A stretch of 49,540 bases of DNA from a virus, in the IMG/VR virus record IMGVR_UViG_3300002461_000339, positions 1 through 49,540 of that record. One strand, given 5' to 3'. Below, in pieces: positions 1 through 8,013 of the stretch; position 1 is the stretch's first letter, and every line of letters begins with the position of its first letter. The translations under genes and the position numbers were made by a program. The notes beneath the pieces were generated by a model. That model saw only the letters and a list, made by a program, of their open reading frames with translations. It did not search any database and was not told where the DNA came from.

Positions 1-94
1 GACTCGCCGCCGCTGATCAGGTTCGGCCAGGGCCCGGCCATGCGCGCCTCCAGGGCGTCGCGGTAGTGGCGCGCGTCGGTCGCCTGCAGGCTGG
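1..94 (+). repeat. Terminal direct repeat, copy 1 (identical to 49447..49540)
   Basis: Base-by-base comparison of the first and last 94 nt (gactcgccgccgctgatcagg...cctgcaggctgg). The repeat falls inside a coding frame, so it looks like an assembly overlap rather than a physical end. Confidence 0.95.
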
Positions 95-143
95 ATGTGA
101 CCAGCAGCAGGGTCGCGAGCTGCGGGCTACTCAGCGTTTGCAT
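1..143 (-). CDS. 5' part of a 74-aa hypothetical protein whose ORF wraps the contig junction (continues 49540..49365)
   Basis: ATG at 143..141. The frame stays open across the junction and reads MQTLSSPQLATLLLVTSSLQATDARHYRDALEARMAGPWPNLISGGESRAMASLRRYCMCRIDARRELRRRATS, with TGA at 49367..49365. It is missed by the linear ORF track. Confidence 0.45.
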   Translation of the reverse strand, partial: MQTLSSPQLATLLLVTSSLQATDARHYRDALEARMAGPWPNLISGGE

Positions 144-432
144 GCAGCCACCCGTAGGCGCGGGAGTTGCGCGAGCCGCCGGCGGTCTTTGCCATGCCGG
201 AATCCACCCAGAAAGCGATGAGGCGCTGCGCGATCGGGAGCGACACCTGCTCAGAGCCGCATCGCAGCTCGATCTGCCGCGGGATGCCGTTCTCTTCGAT
301 CTCGCAGGCCAAGCCGCCGACGGTAAACGTGCGCTGCGCCTTCGCCCACTCGCAGGCGTCGTGGTACTGCGCGGCACTCAGCTCGACGCCTCCGGCGGAG
401 AAACGGCGATGCTGTACCGGCGGGCGGCTCAC
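127..432 (-). CDS. Hypothetical early protein (101 aa)
   Basis: ORF track. GTG start overlaps the upstream stop (GTGA). Lies in the early-right operon. Confidence 0.5.
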   Translation of the reverse strand: MSRPPVQHRRFSAGGVELSAAQYHDACEWAKAQRTFTVGGLACEIEENGIPRQIELRCGSEQVSLPIAQRLIAFWVDSGMAKTAGGSRNSRAYGWLHANAE

Positions 433-821
433 GCGACGGACCTCAGCGCGCCGAGCCGTTCCATCCGGCTCTCGATCGACTTCAAGCCCTTCACCGCTTC
501 GATGAACTCGCGCTTGAGGCGGGCCTCTTCGTCCTCGAACACCAGCGGCTGCGGGTCCGCATAGCCGGCCTCGCGCATCTCATAGGCGGCCAGCGTGTCG
601 ATCCCGCGGCAGCGCGCTTCCTTCCGGATCAATGCCAGCTCGGCGATGTCCAGCTTCTCGCGCTTCTCCGGGTTCAGCGTGTCGTTCAGCCAGCGCGCGG
701 CCGCGTCTGCGGGCATGCTGGGCTTGAGCATGGCGCCCACGCGCTTGTAGCCGCCGAGGGCCATCACGGTCGCGCGAATCGCGTCCTGGTAGGTGTCAAA
801 CCACAGCGGGATCTGGCTCAT
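429..821 (-). CDS. Hypothetical early protein in the cII position (130 aa)
   Basis: Internal ATG (MSQIPLWFDTYQDA...) of ORF 429..941. First gene after the cro-proximal terminator. Function not recognised. Confidence 0.5.
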   Translation of the reverse strand: MSQIPLWFDTYQDAIRATVMALGGYKRVGAMLKPSMPADAAARWLNDTLNPEKREKLDIAELALIRKEARCRGIDTLAAYEMREAGYADPQPLVFEDEEARLKREFIEAVKGLKSIESRMERLGALRSVA

Positions 822-870
822 TCCGACGCACTCCGAGCCCGTCGGATAGCGTCGGACAGGCTCATGCAGG

Positions 871-896
871 CAAAAAGAGAGGCGATGAACGCCTCC
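871..896 (-). terminator. Intrinsic terminator between cro and downstream early genes (tR1-like)
   Basis: On the - strand: GAGGCG-TTCAT-CGCCTC followed by TCTTTTTG. Stem 879-884/890-895, loop 885-889. Confidence 0.6.
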
Positions 897-965
897 GAAG
901 AAAAACGCAGCCCCGACACGCCGGCCTTCATGGCTCGGCATGCCGGGTTGCGCCCGGGGGAACGG

Positions 966-1172
966 TCAGGCCGCACGGTCGGCGGCCTCGGGTTTTGCGC
1001 CGTGCACGACAGCCAGCGCGATGAGCTTCTGACCAAGCTCGAATCCCACGCGCTTAGTCGCGCAATGCTTGATTCGGTTGATCGTGGACTGTCCAACCCC
1101 GGCGGCTTCCGCGATGCGGGTCTCCGTCCAGTCGGCAGCGAGCAGGGACAAAACAGCGGCATGAGGGTTCAT
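966..1172 (-). CDS. cro: Cro-like HTH DNA-binding protein
   Basis: HTH segment AEAAGVGQSTINRI. Divergent from the CI-type repressor. Start chosen at MNPHAAV (1172) and is uncertain. Confidence 0.6.
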   Translation of the reverse strand: MNPHAAVLSLLAADWTETRIAEAAGVGQSTINRIKHCATKRVGFELGQKLIALAVVHGAKPEAADRAA

Positions 1173-1179
1173 GCCTGCG

Positions 1180-1256
1180 AGCATATCCAAGCATGCGCAG
1201 TCATGCAAGCGCGCATGCCGTTGATGCGCGGACTAAGAGCGGCAATATGCGCGCAT
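1180..1256. promoter_or_regulatory. Divergent immunity promoters (pR-like and pRM-like) with operator motifs
   Basis: - strand: TTGCAT (1208-1203), 17 nt, TATGCT (1185-1180). + strand: TTGATG (1221-1226), 16 nt, CAATAT (1243-1248). ATGCGC/GCGCAT half-sites at 1193, 1211, 1224, 1247 and 1251. Perfect palindrome ATGCGCGCAT at 1247-1256. A 16-mer GCATATCCAAGCATGC (1181-1196) recurs at 13/16 identity at 2545-2560. Confidence 0.5.
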
Positions 1257-2040
1257 GGATAACCTCAAGCGCAACGTTCGGAAGCTGATGCTTCACCACG
1301 CCGTGAGCCAGGACGACCTGGGCAGGGCTGCGGGAATTTCTCAGTCAACCATCAGCCGACTGCTTGATGAGGACAGGTCGGCGGAACCGAACACGACCAG
1401 CAAGACGATCAAGAAGCTGGCGGACGCCTTCGGACTGGCTCCCGAGATTCTGCTTGGCTGCGAGGATGACCTTGACCTGGTGGCATGGAGCAAGCACCCG
1501 GTCACCAAGGCCGCCGCAGGCTATAGGAACGCGCCAGTGCCACCGCCAAAGCCACTGATCAAGGCCTATGACGTGGAGGCGCTTGAAGACGGCGACCCTG
1601 TGCCAGACGGCTGGCAGGAAGTTCAGCACATAGATTTCGCGCTGAGCGCTGGCGACGGCTCGGAGGTTCCGACCTTCGTCGAGACGAAGTACCCGATGTA
1701 CTACCGGATGGACTGGTTCCACCGGTGCGGCGCCAAGCCGGCGAACGTGAAGTCGATGAGCGTTCGCGGCGATAGCATGCAGTTCACGCTGTACGACCGC
1801 GACCGCGTCGCGGTGCACACGGCCGATCGCGTCGTGGTCAGCAACGCTGTCTACGCGCTGCTGCTTGATGGAGAGGCCTGCGTCAAGCGACTGTTCCGGC
1901 ACGGCCAAGGCCTGCGAATCGTCAGCGACAACCCTGACAAGGGGCGCTATCCGGACATCATCATCGCGACGGAAGAGCTGCACGACCGCGTGAGCATCAT
2001 CGGGCGCGTGATCGACAAGAGCGGCGCAGGCGGCCTCTGA
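1255..2040 (+). CDS. cI: CI-type repressor (HTH plus S24 LexA-like peptidase domain)
   Basis: N-terminal HTH (LGRAAGISQSTISRLL). C-terminal VRGDSM (Ser) and CVKRL (Lys) motifs of S24 autopeptidases. Confidence 0.85.
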   Translation: MDNLKRNVRKLMLHHAVSQDDLGRAAGISQSTISRLLDEDRSAEPNTTSKTIKKLADAFGLAPEILLGCEDDLDLVAWSKHPVTKAAAGYRNAPVPPPKPLIKAYDVEALEDGDPVPDGWQEVQHIDFALSAGDGSEVPTFVETKYPMYYRMDWFHRCGAKPANVKSMSVRGDSMQFTLYDRDRVAVHTADRVVVSNAVYALLLDGEACVKRLFRHGQGLRIVSDNPDKGRYPDIIIATEELHDRVSIIGRVIDKSGAGGL

Positions 2041-2454
2041 TCAGTCCCAACGCCAACTGAGTTCGCAGCGTCCGCCCAGCGATCCCACCAAGCTGAACGG
2101 TGTTCGCCCGAACTCGGGCACATCGAAGCTTTGAGTGGTCGTGTCTTGGACGCTGCCCAGCGTCGTAAAGGTCGCTGTCAGCTCCACCCGCTTTGGCTCC
2201 GGAGTGCGATTGACAAGGAAGCCGTTGGCGTAGCTGATTGACTGCCCCAGCTTGCACGCAAACCCCTCGACTGCAATCTCGCCAGACCGCTTGCTTTCGC
2301 CAAAGCTGCTGTCTCTTGCGAGCTGATGAGGCGTCGCACCTGTCTCGCAAGGCGTGTTCTGGTACACGCTCCCGGCTGGACCTTCGCACTTGAACACCTG
2401 CTGAGCCAAGGCTGCGCCTGGCGAAATCATCAGCAACATAGCCACGACACGCAT
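2041..2454 (-). CDS. Secreted Cys-containing protein, DUF4124-like N-terminus (moron in the rex position)
   Basis: Signal-peptide-like MRVVAMLLMISPGAALA, then QQVFKCEGPAGSVYQNTPC. Opposite strand to cI and pL. Visibly lower GC. The start could also be 2466. Confidence 0.5.
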   Translation of the reverse strand: MRVVAMLLMISPGAALAQQVFKCEGPAGSVYQNTPCETGATPHQLARDSSFGESKRSGEIAVEGFACKLGQSISYANGFLVNRTPEPKRVELTATFTTLGSVQDTTTQSFDVPEFGRTPFSLVGSLGGRCELSWRWD

Positions 2455-2521
2455 AAGCCCCCCCATGAAGTCAGAACGCGCACAGAGCTTGCCACAAGCG
2501 CTGGCGTTCAGCACGAGCAAA

Positions 2522-2566
2522 AATATGCGCCGAGGCATTGACATGCATATCCGTACGTGCATAATC
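2522..2566 (+). promoter_or_regulatory. pL-like early-left promoter with operator motifs
   Basis: TTGACA (2538-2543), 16 nt, CATAAT (2560-2565). AATATGCGC (2522-2530) and GCATATCC (2545-2552) are both shared with the cI/cro region. Confidence 0.6.
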
Positions 2567-2604
2567 ACTCCCACGCCGGCACCGAGCCGGCACCGGGAGG
2601 ACGG

Positions 2605-2838
2605 ATGAACATCGCAGCGTTCAAGGCCCGCCACGTCGCTGACGCCCAGGCACAGGCCGCCAAGTACCGCGCCGAGGCTCGCGCAGACCGCAAGAAGGCC
2701 GACGCCGCGCTGGGCTTCGGCGACCGCGAGGGCTATGACCGGTGGATGCGGCAGGCCGCCATGTGCGACCAGTGGGCCCGCGAGAGTGAGCAGGCCGCTG
2801 AGCAGTTCGAGGCGATCAATGCGGAGCTGTTCGCATGA
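2605..2838 (+). CDS. Hypothetical early-left protein (77 aa)
   Basis: ATG at 2605 preceded by GGGAGGA. First gene after the pL-like promoter. Confidence 0.55.
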   Translation: MNIAAFKARHVADAQAQAAKYRAEARADRKKADAALGFGDREGYDRWMRQAAMCDQWARESEQAAEQFEAINAELFA

Positions 2839-3224
2839 AGCGCCGCAGCTGGACCCACGCGCTGCGCGACAGCCGGCATCGCCTGCGGCTTGAACTGCGC
2901 AGCCTGCCGGGCAGCAATGACCCGTCGTTCTCGCACTGGACGATGGATCAAGCCCGCCAGATCAACATCGCCCTGTGCCGCAATGCGGTCGAGTTGCTGG
3001 GCATGTACGCCGACTGCGGCGACATGATCGAGGCGGAACGGAACCTCAAGTGGCAGCGGCTTCGCCTGCGGATCAAGGAAGCCGTCGCCGAGACAGCGCA
3101 GCGCCGCGAGCTGGCCAAGCTCCGCACGCTGCCCGCCTACAAGTCGGCCGACATGCTCGGCAAGGCCCTGATGGCGATCAAGGCCGGCTTCGGCGGCATG
3201 CCTGCCAGCGAGGCCGCGGCATGA
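2835..3224 (+). CDS. Hypothetical protein (129 aa)
   Basis: ORF track. ATGA overlap with the upstream gene. Confidence 0.55.
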   Translation: MKRRSWTHALRDSRHRLRLELRSLPGSNDPSFSHWTMDQARQINIALCRNAVELLGMYADCGDMIEAERNLKWQRLRLRIKEAVAETAQRRELAKLRTLPAYKSADMLGKALMAIKAGFGGMPASEAAA

Positions 3225-3358
3225 ACCCCGACCCCGAAACCGACCACATCGAAGCCACGCGCGGCGTCCTCGCCGGCGTCTCGATCGGACTGTTTCTCTG
3301 GGGCGTGTCCCTCGGATACGCCTCGCACATGATCAAGGATGCATTGATATGTCTGTGA
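3221..3358 (+). CDS. Small membrane protein (45 aa)
   Basis: ATGA overlap at 3221. Hydrophobic stretch VLAGVSIGLFLWGVSLGY. Confidence 0.4.
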   Translation: MNPDPETDHIEATRGVLAGVSIGLFLWGVSLGYASHMIKDALICL

Positions 3359-3579
3359 TCAATCTCGGAGACATCGAAAGCTGGCGCGGCGCCAACCGTG
3401 CGCGCCGGCTGGTCAGGAAGAAGTGCGCCGATGCCGGCCTCTCGCCTGAGCAGACCCGCAAGTGCGTCATGGTGGCGGTGCGCGACATTGCCGACCATGC
3501 CGGCCCGATGGCTGCGGCGATCCTTGCGACAAGCCACCTGCGCAGCTTCGCGCCCGGCGACTTCGGGGGTGCCGCATGA
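3349..3579 (+). CDS. Hypothetical protein (76 aa)
   Basis: ORF track. In an operon with its neighbours. Confidence 0.5.
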   Translation: MSVINLGDIESWRGANRARRLVRKKCADAGLSPEQTRKCVMVAVRDIADHAGPMAAAILATSHLRSFAPGDFGGAA

Positions 3580-3680
3580 CCGCCGAATCCGTCCTCGCCC
3601 TGATCCTGCTGTGCTTCGTGCCCTTCATCGTCGTGACCGGCTGGCGCGCTGTGCGCCGCTGGCGGGGGACAGGAGAGTGA
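3576..3680 (+). CDS. Small single-TM protein (34 aa)
   Basis: ATGA overlap at 3576. Sequence MTAESVLALILLCFVPFIVVTGW followed by a basic tail. Confidence 0.4.
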   Translation: MTAESVLALILLCFVPFIVVTGWRAVRRWRGTGE

Positions 3681-3955
3681 CCGCCCTCGCCCTGATCCCC
3701 ATCGCAGTCCTGGCGCTGGCCCTGCTGTGGCAGCCGGCCAAGACGGAGCGCATCGGCTACGTCGAACGCATCCCCAAGGGTGCGCGGCCCCTGCCCTCTC
3801 CGACTCGGCGCCAGCGCCTGCAGCGTTGGGCCGCCCTGTACGGCCAGACCACGATCGAGCAGCAAACCGATCCCGGCGCATGGCCGTTCGTGCCGAGCGC
3901 GGTGCACAAGCTGCCGAAGTCAGCGCTTGTCGATGTGCGGGAGTTGGTGCGGTGA
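3677..3955 (+). CDS. Hypothetical protein with N-terminal TM (92 aa)
   Basis: GTGA overlap at 3677. Sequence VTALALIPIAVLALALLW... Confidence 0.45.
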   Translation: MTALALIPIAVLALALLWQPAKTERIGYVERIPKGARPLPSPTRRQRLQRWAALYGQTTIEQQTDPGAWPFVPSAVHKLPKSALVDVRELVR

Positions 3956-4149
3956 GGCTCGCCCCGCACTCCCCTTTCACCCTGCAAGTCGCGATCGAGC
4001 GCAGCCAGAGCAGAGGCCCGACTCTGCCAGTGCACCGGCCCGGGCGCGGCTACTGCGAGGGCTGCAGAACCCACCGGCCGCGACCGGCCAAGGCACGCAA
4101 AGGCTGGCGCTGCGCCAGCTGCAAAACGGAGAAACCCCTTGAGCGCTGA
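3952..4149 (+). CDS. Small zinc-ribbon-like protein (65 aa)
   Basis: GTGA overlap at 3952. Contains CEGC...CASC. Confidence 0.4.
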   Translation: MRLAPHSPFTLQVAIERSQSRGPTLPVHRPGRGYCEGCRTHRPRPAKARKGWRCASCKTEKPLER

Positions 4150-5275
4150 GCTGACCACGATTGAGCGGGCGAAGGCCGCGCTCAAGTTTGACGAAACCCG
4201 CAGCCGGCTGGCCGAGCTCGCCGAGAAGTCGGCGCCGCTGGTGAGCATCACCAACACGGCGGGCTATCAGGAAGTCCACCGCGCCCGCATGGACCTGAAG
4301 AACACCCGCGTCGAGATCCAGCGCCGCGGCAAGGATGCTCGCGAGGACGCGCAGGCGTTCTCCAAGGCGGTGATCGCCGCCGAGAAGGAACTTGTGGGCG
4401 TGATCGAGCCGGAGGAATCCCGGCTGCAGGGCCTGCAGGACGCATGGGATGCGGCGCGCGAGGCTGAGCGCCAGGCCAAGATCGAGGCCGAGCGGCAGCG
4501 GGTCGAGGCGATCCAAGAACGCATTTCGCACATCCGCTGCGCGCCGGCCAGGGCTCTGACTGATTTCGTCACGCCGTACCTGATCAGGAATGAACTCGCC
4601 GCTGTCGAGTCGATCCCGATTGACGAAACGTTCGCCGAGTTCGCGCCAGCAGCGGAAGCGGCGAAGGCCGAGGCGGTCAAACAGTTGACGCAGATGGTCG
4701 CCGATGTCGAGGCGAAGGCCGAAGCCGAGCGCCAGCGCCAACATCAAGAAGCCGAGCGCGCCGAGGCCCTACGCATCGAATCCGAGAAGCTGGCCGCCGA
4801 ACGTGCTGAGCTGGATCGCCTGCGCGCCGAACAGGCGGAGCGCGACCGGATCGAGCGCGAGGCCCGCGAGGCTGAGCTGGCGGCAGAGCGCGCCAAGATC
4901 GAAGCCCAACAGGCCGAGCTGCGCGCCCAGCAGGAAGCCGCAGCCAAGGCCCAGGCCGAAGCGGAGGCCGCACAGCGGGCCGCGCAGGAAGCGCAGCGCA
5001 AGGCCGAGGAAGACGCGCGCCGGGCTGAGCTGGAACGGCAGCGCGAGGCGGAGCGGGTTGCGCGCGAAGCTGCGGAAGCCCAGGCCGAAGCGGCACGAAA
5101 GCAGGCGGCCGAAGCCGCAGCGGCACGCATCGCCGCCGAGATCGCCAGCGCCACCTTGCGCGAGGCTGCAGAGGAAGCCATCGGCCTGCTCACTGAGCTG
5201 GGCGAAGGCGAGCACATCACCACCCGCAAGCTGGCCGCCGCGCTGGCCCGGGACGACATGAAGGAGGCGGCGTGA
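4139..5275 (+). CDS. Coiled-coil protein preceding the recombinase (378 aa)
   Basis: TTG start with GGAGA 7 nt upstream. Long E/A/R/Q-rich helical region. Sits where DUF1351-type recombinase partners sit. Confidence 0.6.
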   Translation: MSAELTTIERAKAALKFDETRSRLAELAEKSAPLVSITNTAGYQEVHRARMDLKNTRVEIQRRGKDAREDAQAFSKAVIAAEKELVGVIEPEESRLQGLQDAWDAAREAERQAKIEAERQRVEAIQERISHIRCAPARALTDFVTPYLIRNELAAVESIPIDETFAEFAPAAEAAKAEAVKQLTQMVADVEAKAEAERQRQHQEAERAEALRIESEKLAAERAELDRLRAEQAERDRIEREAREAELAAERAKIEAQQAELRAQQEAAAKAQAEAEAAQRAAQEAQRKAEEDARRAELERQREAERVAREAAEAQAEAARKQAAEAAAARIAAEIASATLREAAEEAIGLLTELGEGEHITTRKLAAALARDDMKEAA

Positions 5276-6117
5276 ATCAGGTCGTACAGTTCCAGCCCGC
5301 AGTCGAGAACTACGGTTCCCGCTCGCTGACCGCCGCCGATGTGCGTGCGCAGGTCAACTTGATGCAGGACGTGATGCACGAGGTGATGAAGGACGGCACC
5401 CACTACGGGACCATCCCGGGCACGAAGTCCAAGAGCCTCTACAAGGCCGGCGCCGAGAAGCTGATGGCGACCTTCCGCCTGGCCGGCGACCCCGAGGTCA
5501 CCGACCTGAGCAAGGACGGCGAGATCGCGTACCGCGTCAAGGTGCGGCTCTCGACGGCAGGCGGCCAGTTCATCGGCGCCGGCATCGGCGAGTGCAGCAG
5601 CAGCGAGGAAAAGTACAGCTGGCGCGCGGCGGTCTGCGACGAAGAATTCGACGACACTCCCGAGAACCGGCGCCGGATCAAATACGCGAAGTGGCAGGGC
5701 CGCGTGGAGCGCAAGAAGCAGGTCCGCACAAACCCGGCGGACGTGGCGAACACCATCCTGAAGATGGCGAAGAAGCGCGCCCAAGTGGACGCAGTGATCA
5801 CGGCGACGGCGGCGAGCGACATCTTCACCCAGGACATCGAGGACTTGCCCGAAGAGGTCGTGGCCGAGATCGTCGGTGGCAACCGCGCCAGCCCGGCCGC
5901 AGCTGCGGTGCAAAGCACGATCCCGCCCGACAGCCCGGAGCGTGACGCCGCCATCGCCGAGGCGGAACAGGTGGCCAGCTTCGGCGTCGAGAAGTTCCGC
6001 GCCATGTGGGCGGGGTGGCCGAAGGAGCGCCGGCAGCTGGTAGCCGACCGCATGCCGCGGTTCCAGGCGATCGCCGAGGCAGCGGACGCGGCGGCGCCGG
6101 AGGTGGCTGGTGAGTGA
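5272..6117 (+). CDS. Single-strand annealing protein (Rad52/Erf-type recombinase)
   Basis: GTG start after AAGGAGG. Motifs SLYKAGAEKL and ILKMAKKRAQVDAVITATAASDIFTQD. Directly upstream of a YqaJ exonuclease and SSB. Confidence 0.55.
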   Translation: MNQVVQFQPAVENYGSRSLTAADVRAQVNLMQDVMHEVMKDGTHYGTIPGTKSKSLYKAGAEKLMATFRLAGDPEVTDLSKDGEIAYRVKVRLSTAGGQFIGAGIGECSSSEEKYSWRAAVCDEEFDDTPENRRRIKYAKWQGRVERKKQVRTNPADVANTILKMAKKRAQVDAVITATAASDIFTQDIEDLPEEVVAEIVGGNRASPAAAAVQSTIPPDSPERDAAIAEAEQVASFGVEKFRAMWAGWPKERRQLVADRMPRFQAIAEAADAAAPEVAGE

Positions 6118-6766
6118 TCAGCGCACCGACGCATGGTTCGCCGACCGCGCCGGCAAGATCACGGCGTCTCGCATGCACGACGTCGTGCTTGAGCGCGACC
6201 GCGAGCCCTTCAAGTCCGGCCCGCGCAAGGGCCAGCCGAAGCCGCCGCCGAAGGCGTTGACCGACTACGCGTACCAGCTGGCCGCCGAGCGACTGACCGG
6301 CAAGCCGCGAAAGCAGGTGAAGGCTGCCGCTCTGCAGTGGGGCCAGGACGTGGAGCCGGCAGCGCTGGCCGCGTATCAGGCAGAGACAGGCTCGATCGTG
6401 ACGCTGTGCGGCTTCGTGACTCACCCGGACTATCCGTTCATAGGTGCCTCACCTGACTTCTTGGAAGGCGAGGACGAAGGCGGCGAGATCAAGTCGCCGG
6501 AGTCGTCCGAGGTGCATCTCGAAACCCTGCTCACCGGCCTGCCGCGCGAGCACATTGAACAGATCCAGGGCGGGCTTTGGGTCACCGGCCGCAAGCGCTG
6601 GAAGTTCATCAGCTACCACCCGGACTTCCGGCCCGAGCTCCGGCTCTACATCGAAGTCGTGGAGCGCGACGAGGCGTTCATCGCCAAGCTGGAAAGCGCC
6701 TGCCTGCAGCTGCATGCCGAGGTCTGCGCCATCGTCAATGAAGCGAACAATCGGAGGGCAGCGTAA
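6110..6766 (+). CDS. YqaJ-type viral recombinase exonuclease (lambda Exo-like)
   Basis: [22 protein letters not shown], and a PD-(D/E)XK-like ASPDFL...GGEIKSP. Confidence 0.8.
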   Translation: MSDQRTDAWFADRAGKITASRMHDVVLERDREPFKSGPRKGQPKPPPKALTDYAYQLAAERLTGKPRKQVKAAALQWGQDVEPAALAAYQAETGSIVTLCGFVTHPDYPFIGASPDFLEGEDEGGEIKSPESSEVHLETLLTGLPREHIEQIQGGLWVTGRKRWKFISYHPDFRPELRLYIEVVERDEAFIAKLESACLQLHAEVCAIVNEANNRRAA

Positions 6767-7218
6767 TGGCTCGCGGAATCAACAAGGTCATCATCGTGGG
6801 CACGCTGGGCGCCGACCCGGAGACGCGCTACACCGCGTCCGGATCGGCCATCACCAGCATGCGGCTGGCCACCAACGAGAGCTGGACCGACAAACAGACC
6901 GGCCAGAAACAGGAACGCACCGAGTGGCACCGCGTGAAGATGTTCGGCCGCCTCGCCGAGATCGCCGCGGAGTACCTGAAGAAGGGAAAGCAGGTGTACA
7001 TCGAAGGCAGCCTGCGCACCGACAAGTACACCGACAAGGACGGGATCGAGCGCTACAGCACCGACATCATCGCCAACGACATGCAGATGCTGGGCGGCTC
7101 CGGTGATGGCCAGCAGCAGGACCGCAGCGACCGCCCCGCCCGCCAGGCGCAGCAGAGGGCGCCGGCGCAGCAGCCACCGCAGGACGGATTCGATGATGAA
7201 GACGACATCCCGTGGTGA
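6766..7218 (+). CDS. ssb: Single-stranded DNA-binding protein
   Basis: OB-fold N-terminus [19 protein letters not shown]...WHRV, a Q/P/G-rich linker and an acidic tip DDEDDIPW. Confidence 0.95.
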   Translation: MARGINKVIIVGTLGADPETRYTASGSAITSMRLATNESWTDKQTGQKQERTEWHRVKMFGRLAEIAAEYLKKGKQVYIEGSLRTDKYTDKDGIERYSTDIIANDMQMLGGSGDGQQQDRSDRPARQAQQRAPAQQPPQDGFDDEDDIPW

Positions 7219-7693
7219 GCCCGAGCTGCCCATGCCCGACGCCTTCATGCCCAGGCCCACCGGATCGCAGCAGAGCACGCCCTGCGCGATCCGTTCCGCG
7301 GGCCGCGCGAGAGGCAAGAGCGGCACGACTACTACATGCGCAAGGCCGAAGAGGCGGAGCGCAAGGATCGGGCGGACTGACCGCCGGATCGCCGCGGGAG
7401 TCGCGGCCCCCCAGCCGGCGGGGATGCGCCGGCACCAATTCAGCGCCCAGCCGGCGGTGGCGCAGGAATAACACCGGCAGCAGTTGATTCAGGTAATCCC
7501 GTCGTTTGAGGTCTGCGCCGTCCGTGGAAGCCCGGTGGGTCGGGTAGGTAAGCGAGAGCGTGCGGCGGCAGCGGTTGGCAAATGGCGCACCCGCCGGAAG
7601 CAATCGGAGCTAGGAGGCAACTGCCGGCAGCCCGCCGCCGTGAAAGGCGGGCGCCACCGCCCCACGGGGCGCTTACTCACGATGGAGACAAAC

Positions 7694-7891
7694 ATGCGAC
7701 CCGATTGGCAGCAGCGAGTGATTGACGAGAAGGCCGAACTCGACGCAAAGCGCGAGCGGCTTGGGGAATTCAAGCGCGGCATCCCCTTTGAGCGCCTTCC
7801 TTGGCAAGAACAGGAGCGACTTAACACGCAGGCGCATCTGATGACCGCGTACAGCGCGGTTCTCGGTGAGCGAATCGCGAATTTCGCTTGA
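7694..7891 (+). CDS. Small hypothetical protein (65 aa)
   Basis: ATG at 7694 with GGAGA 5 nt upstream. Sequence MRPDWQQRVIDEKAELDAKRERL... The upstream part of ORF 7484..7891 has poor third-position GC. Confidence 0.55.
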   Translation: MRPDWQQRVIDEKAELDAKRERLGEFKRGIPFERLPWQEQERLNTQAHLMTAYSAVLGERIANFA

Positions 7892-7937
7892 CCCCGCCGC
7901 CGCGCCCTAGCCCGGCGCGGCAGGTGGCAGCACCTTG

Positions 7938-8013
7938 AGAGCTGGCGGCTTCTTGGCGATGTGGCCGCGGAATCCGCCCGGGGCCGAAGTTGAGGCGGAA
8001 AGCCGCCAGCTCT
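7938..8013 (+). other. Long stem-loop (14-bp perfect inverted repeat, 48-nt interior)
   Basis: AGAGCTGGCGGCTT (7938-7951) pairs perfectly with AAGCCGCCAGCTCT (8000-8013). The interior holds GCGG-AAT-CCGC. No ORF covers it. Confidence 0.6.

Noticed and set aside
7212-7487. ORFs 7212..7487 (91 aa) and 7103..7471 / ATG 7232 (79 aa) downstream of ssb
   Set aside because: Both translate to S/T/R/G/P-rich low-complexity sequence. One has low third-position GC and the other excessive second-position GC. The third frame looks more protein-like but lacks a start; it is reported as a finding instead.
7574-7590. Sigma-54-like TGGCA...GC element (GTTGGCAAATGGCGCAC)
   Set aside because: The GG-to-GC spacing is one nucleotide short of the -24/-12 consensus, and the -12 TTGC element is absent.
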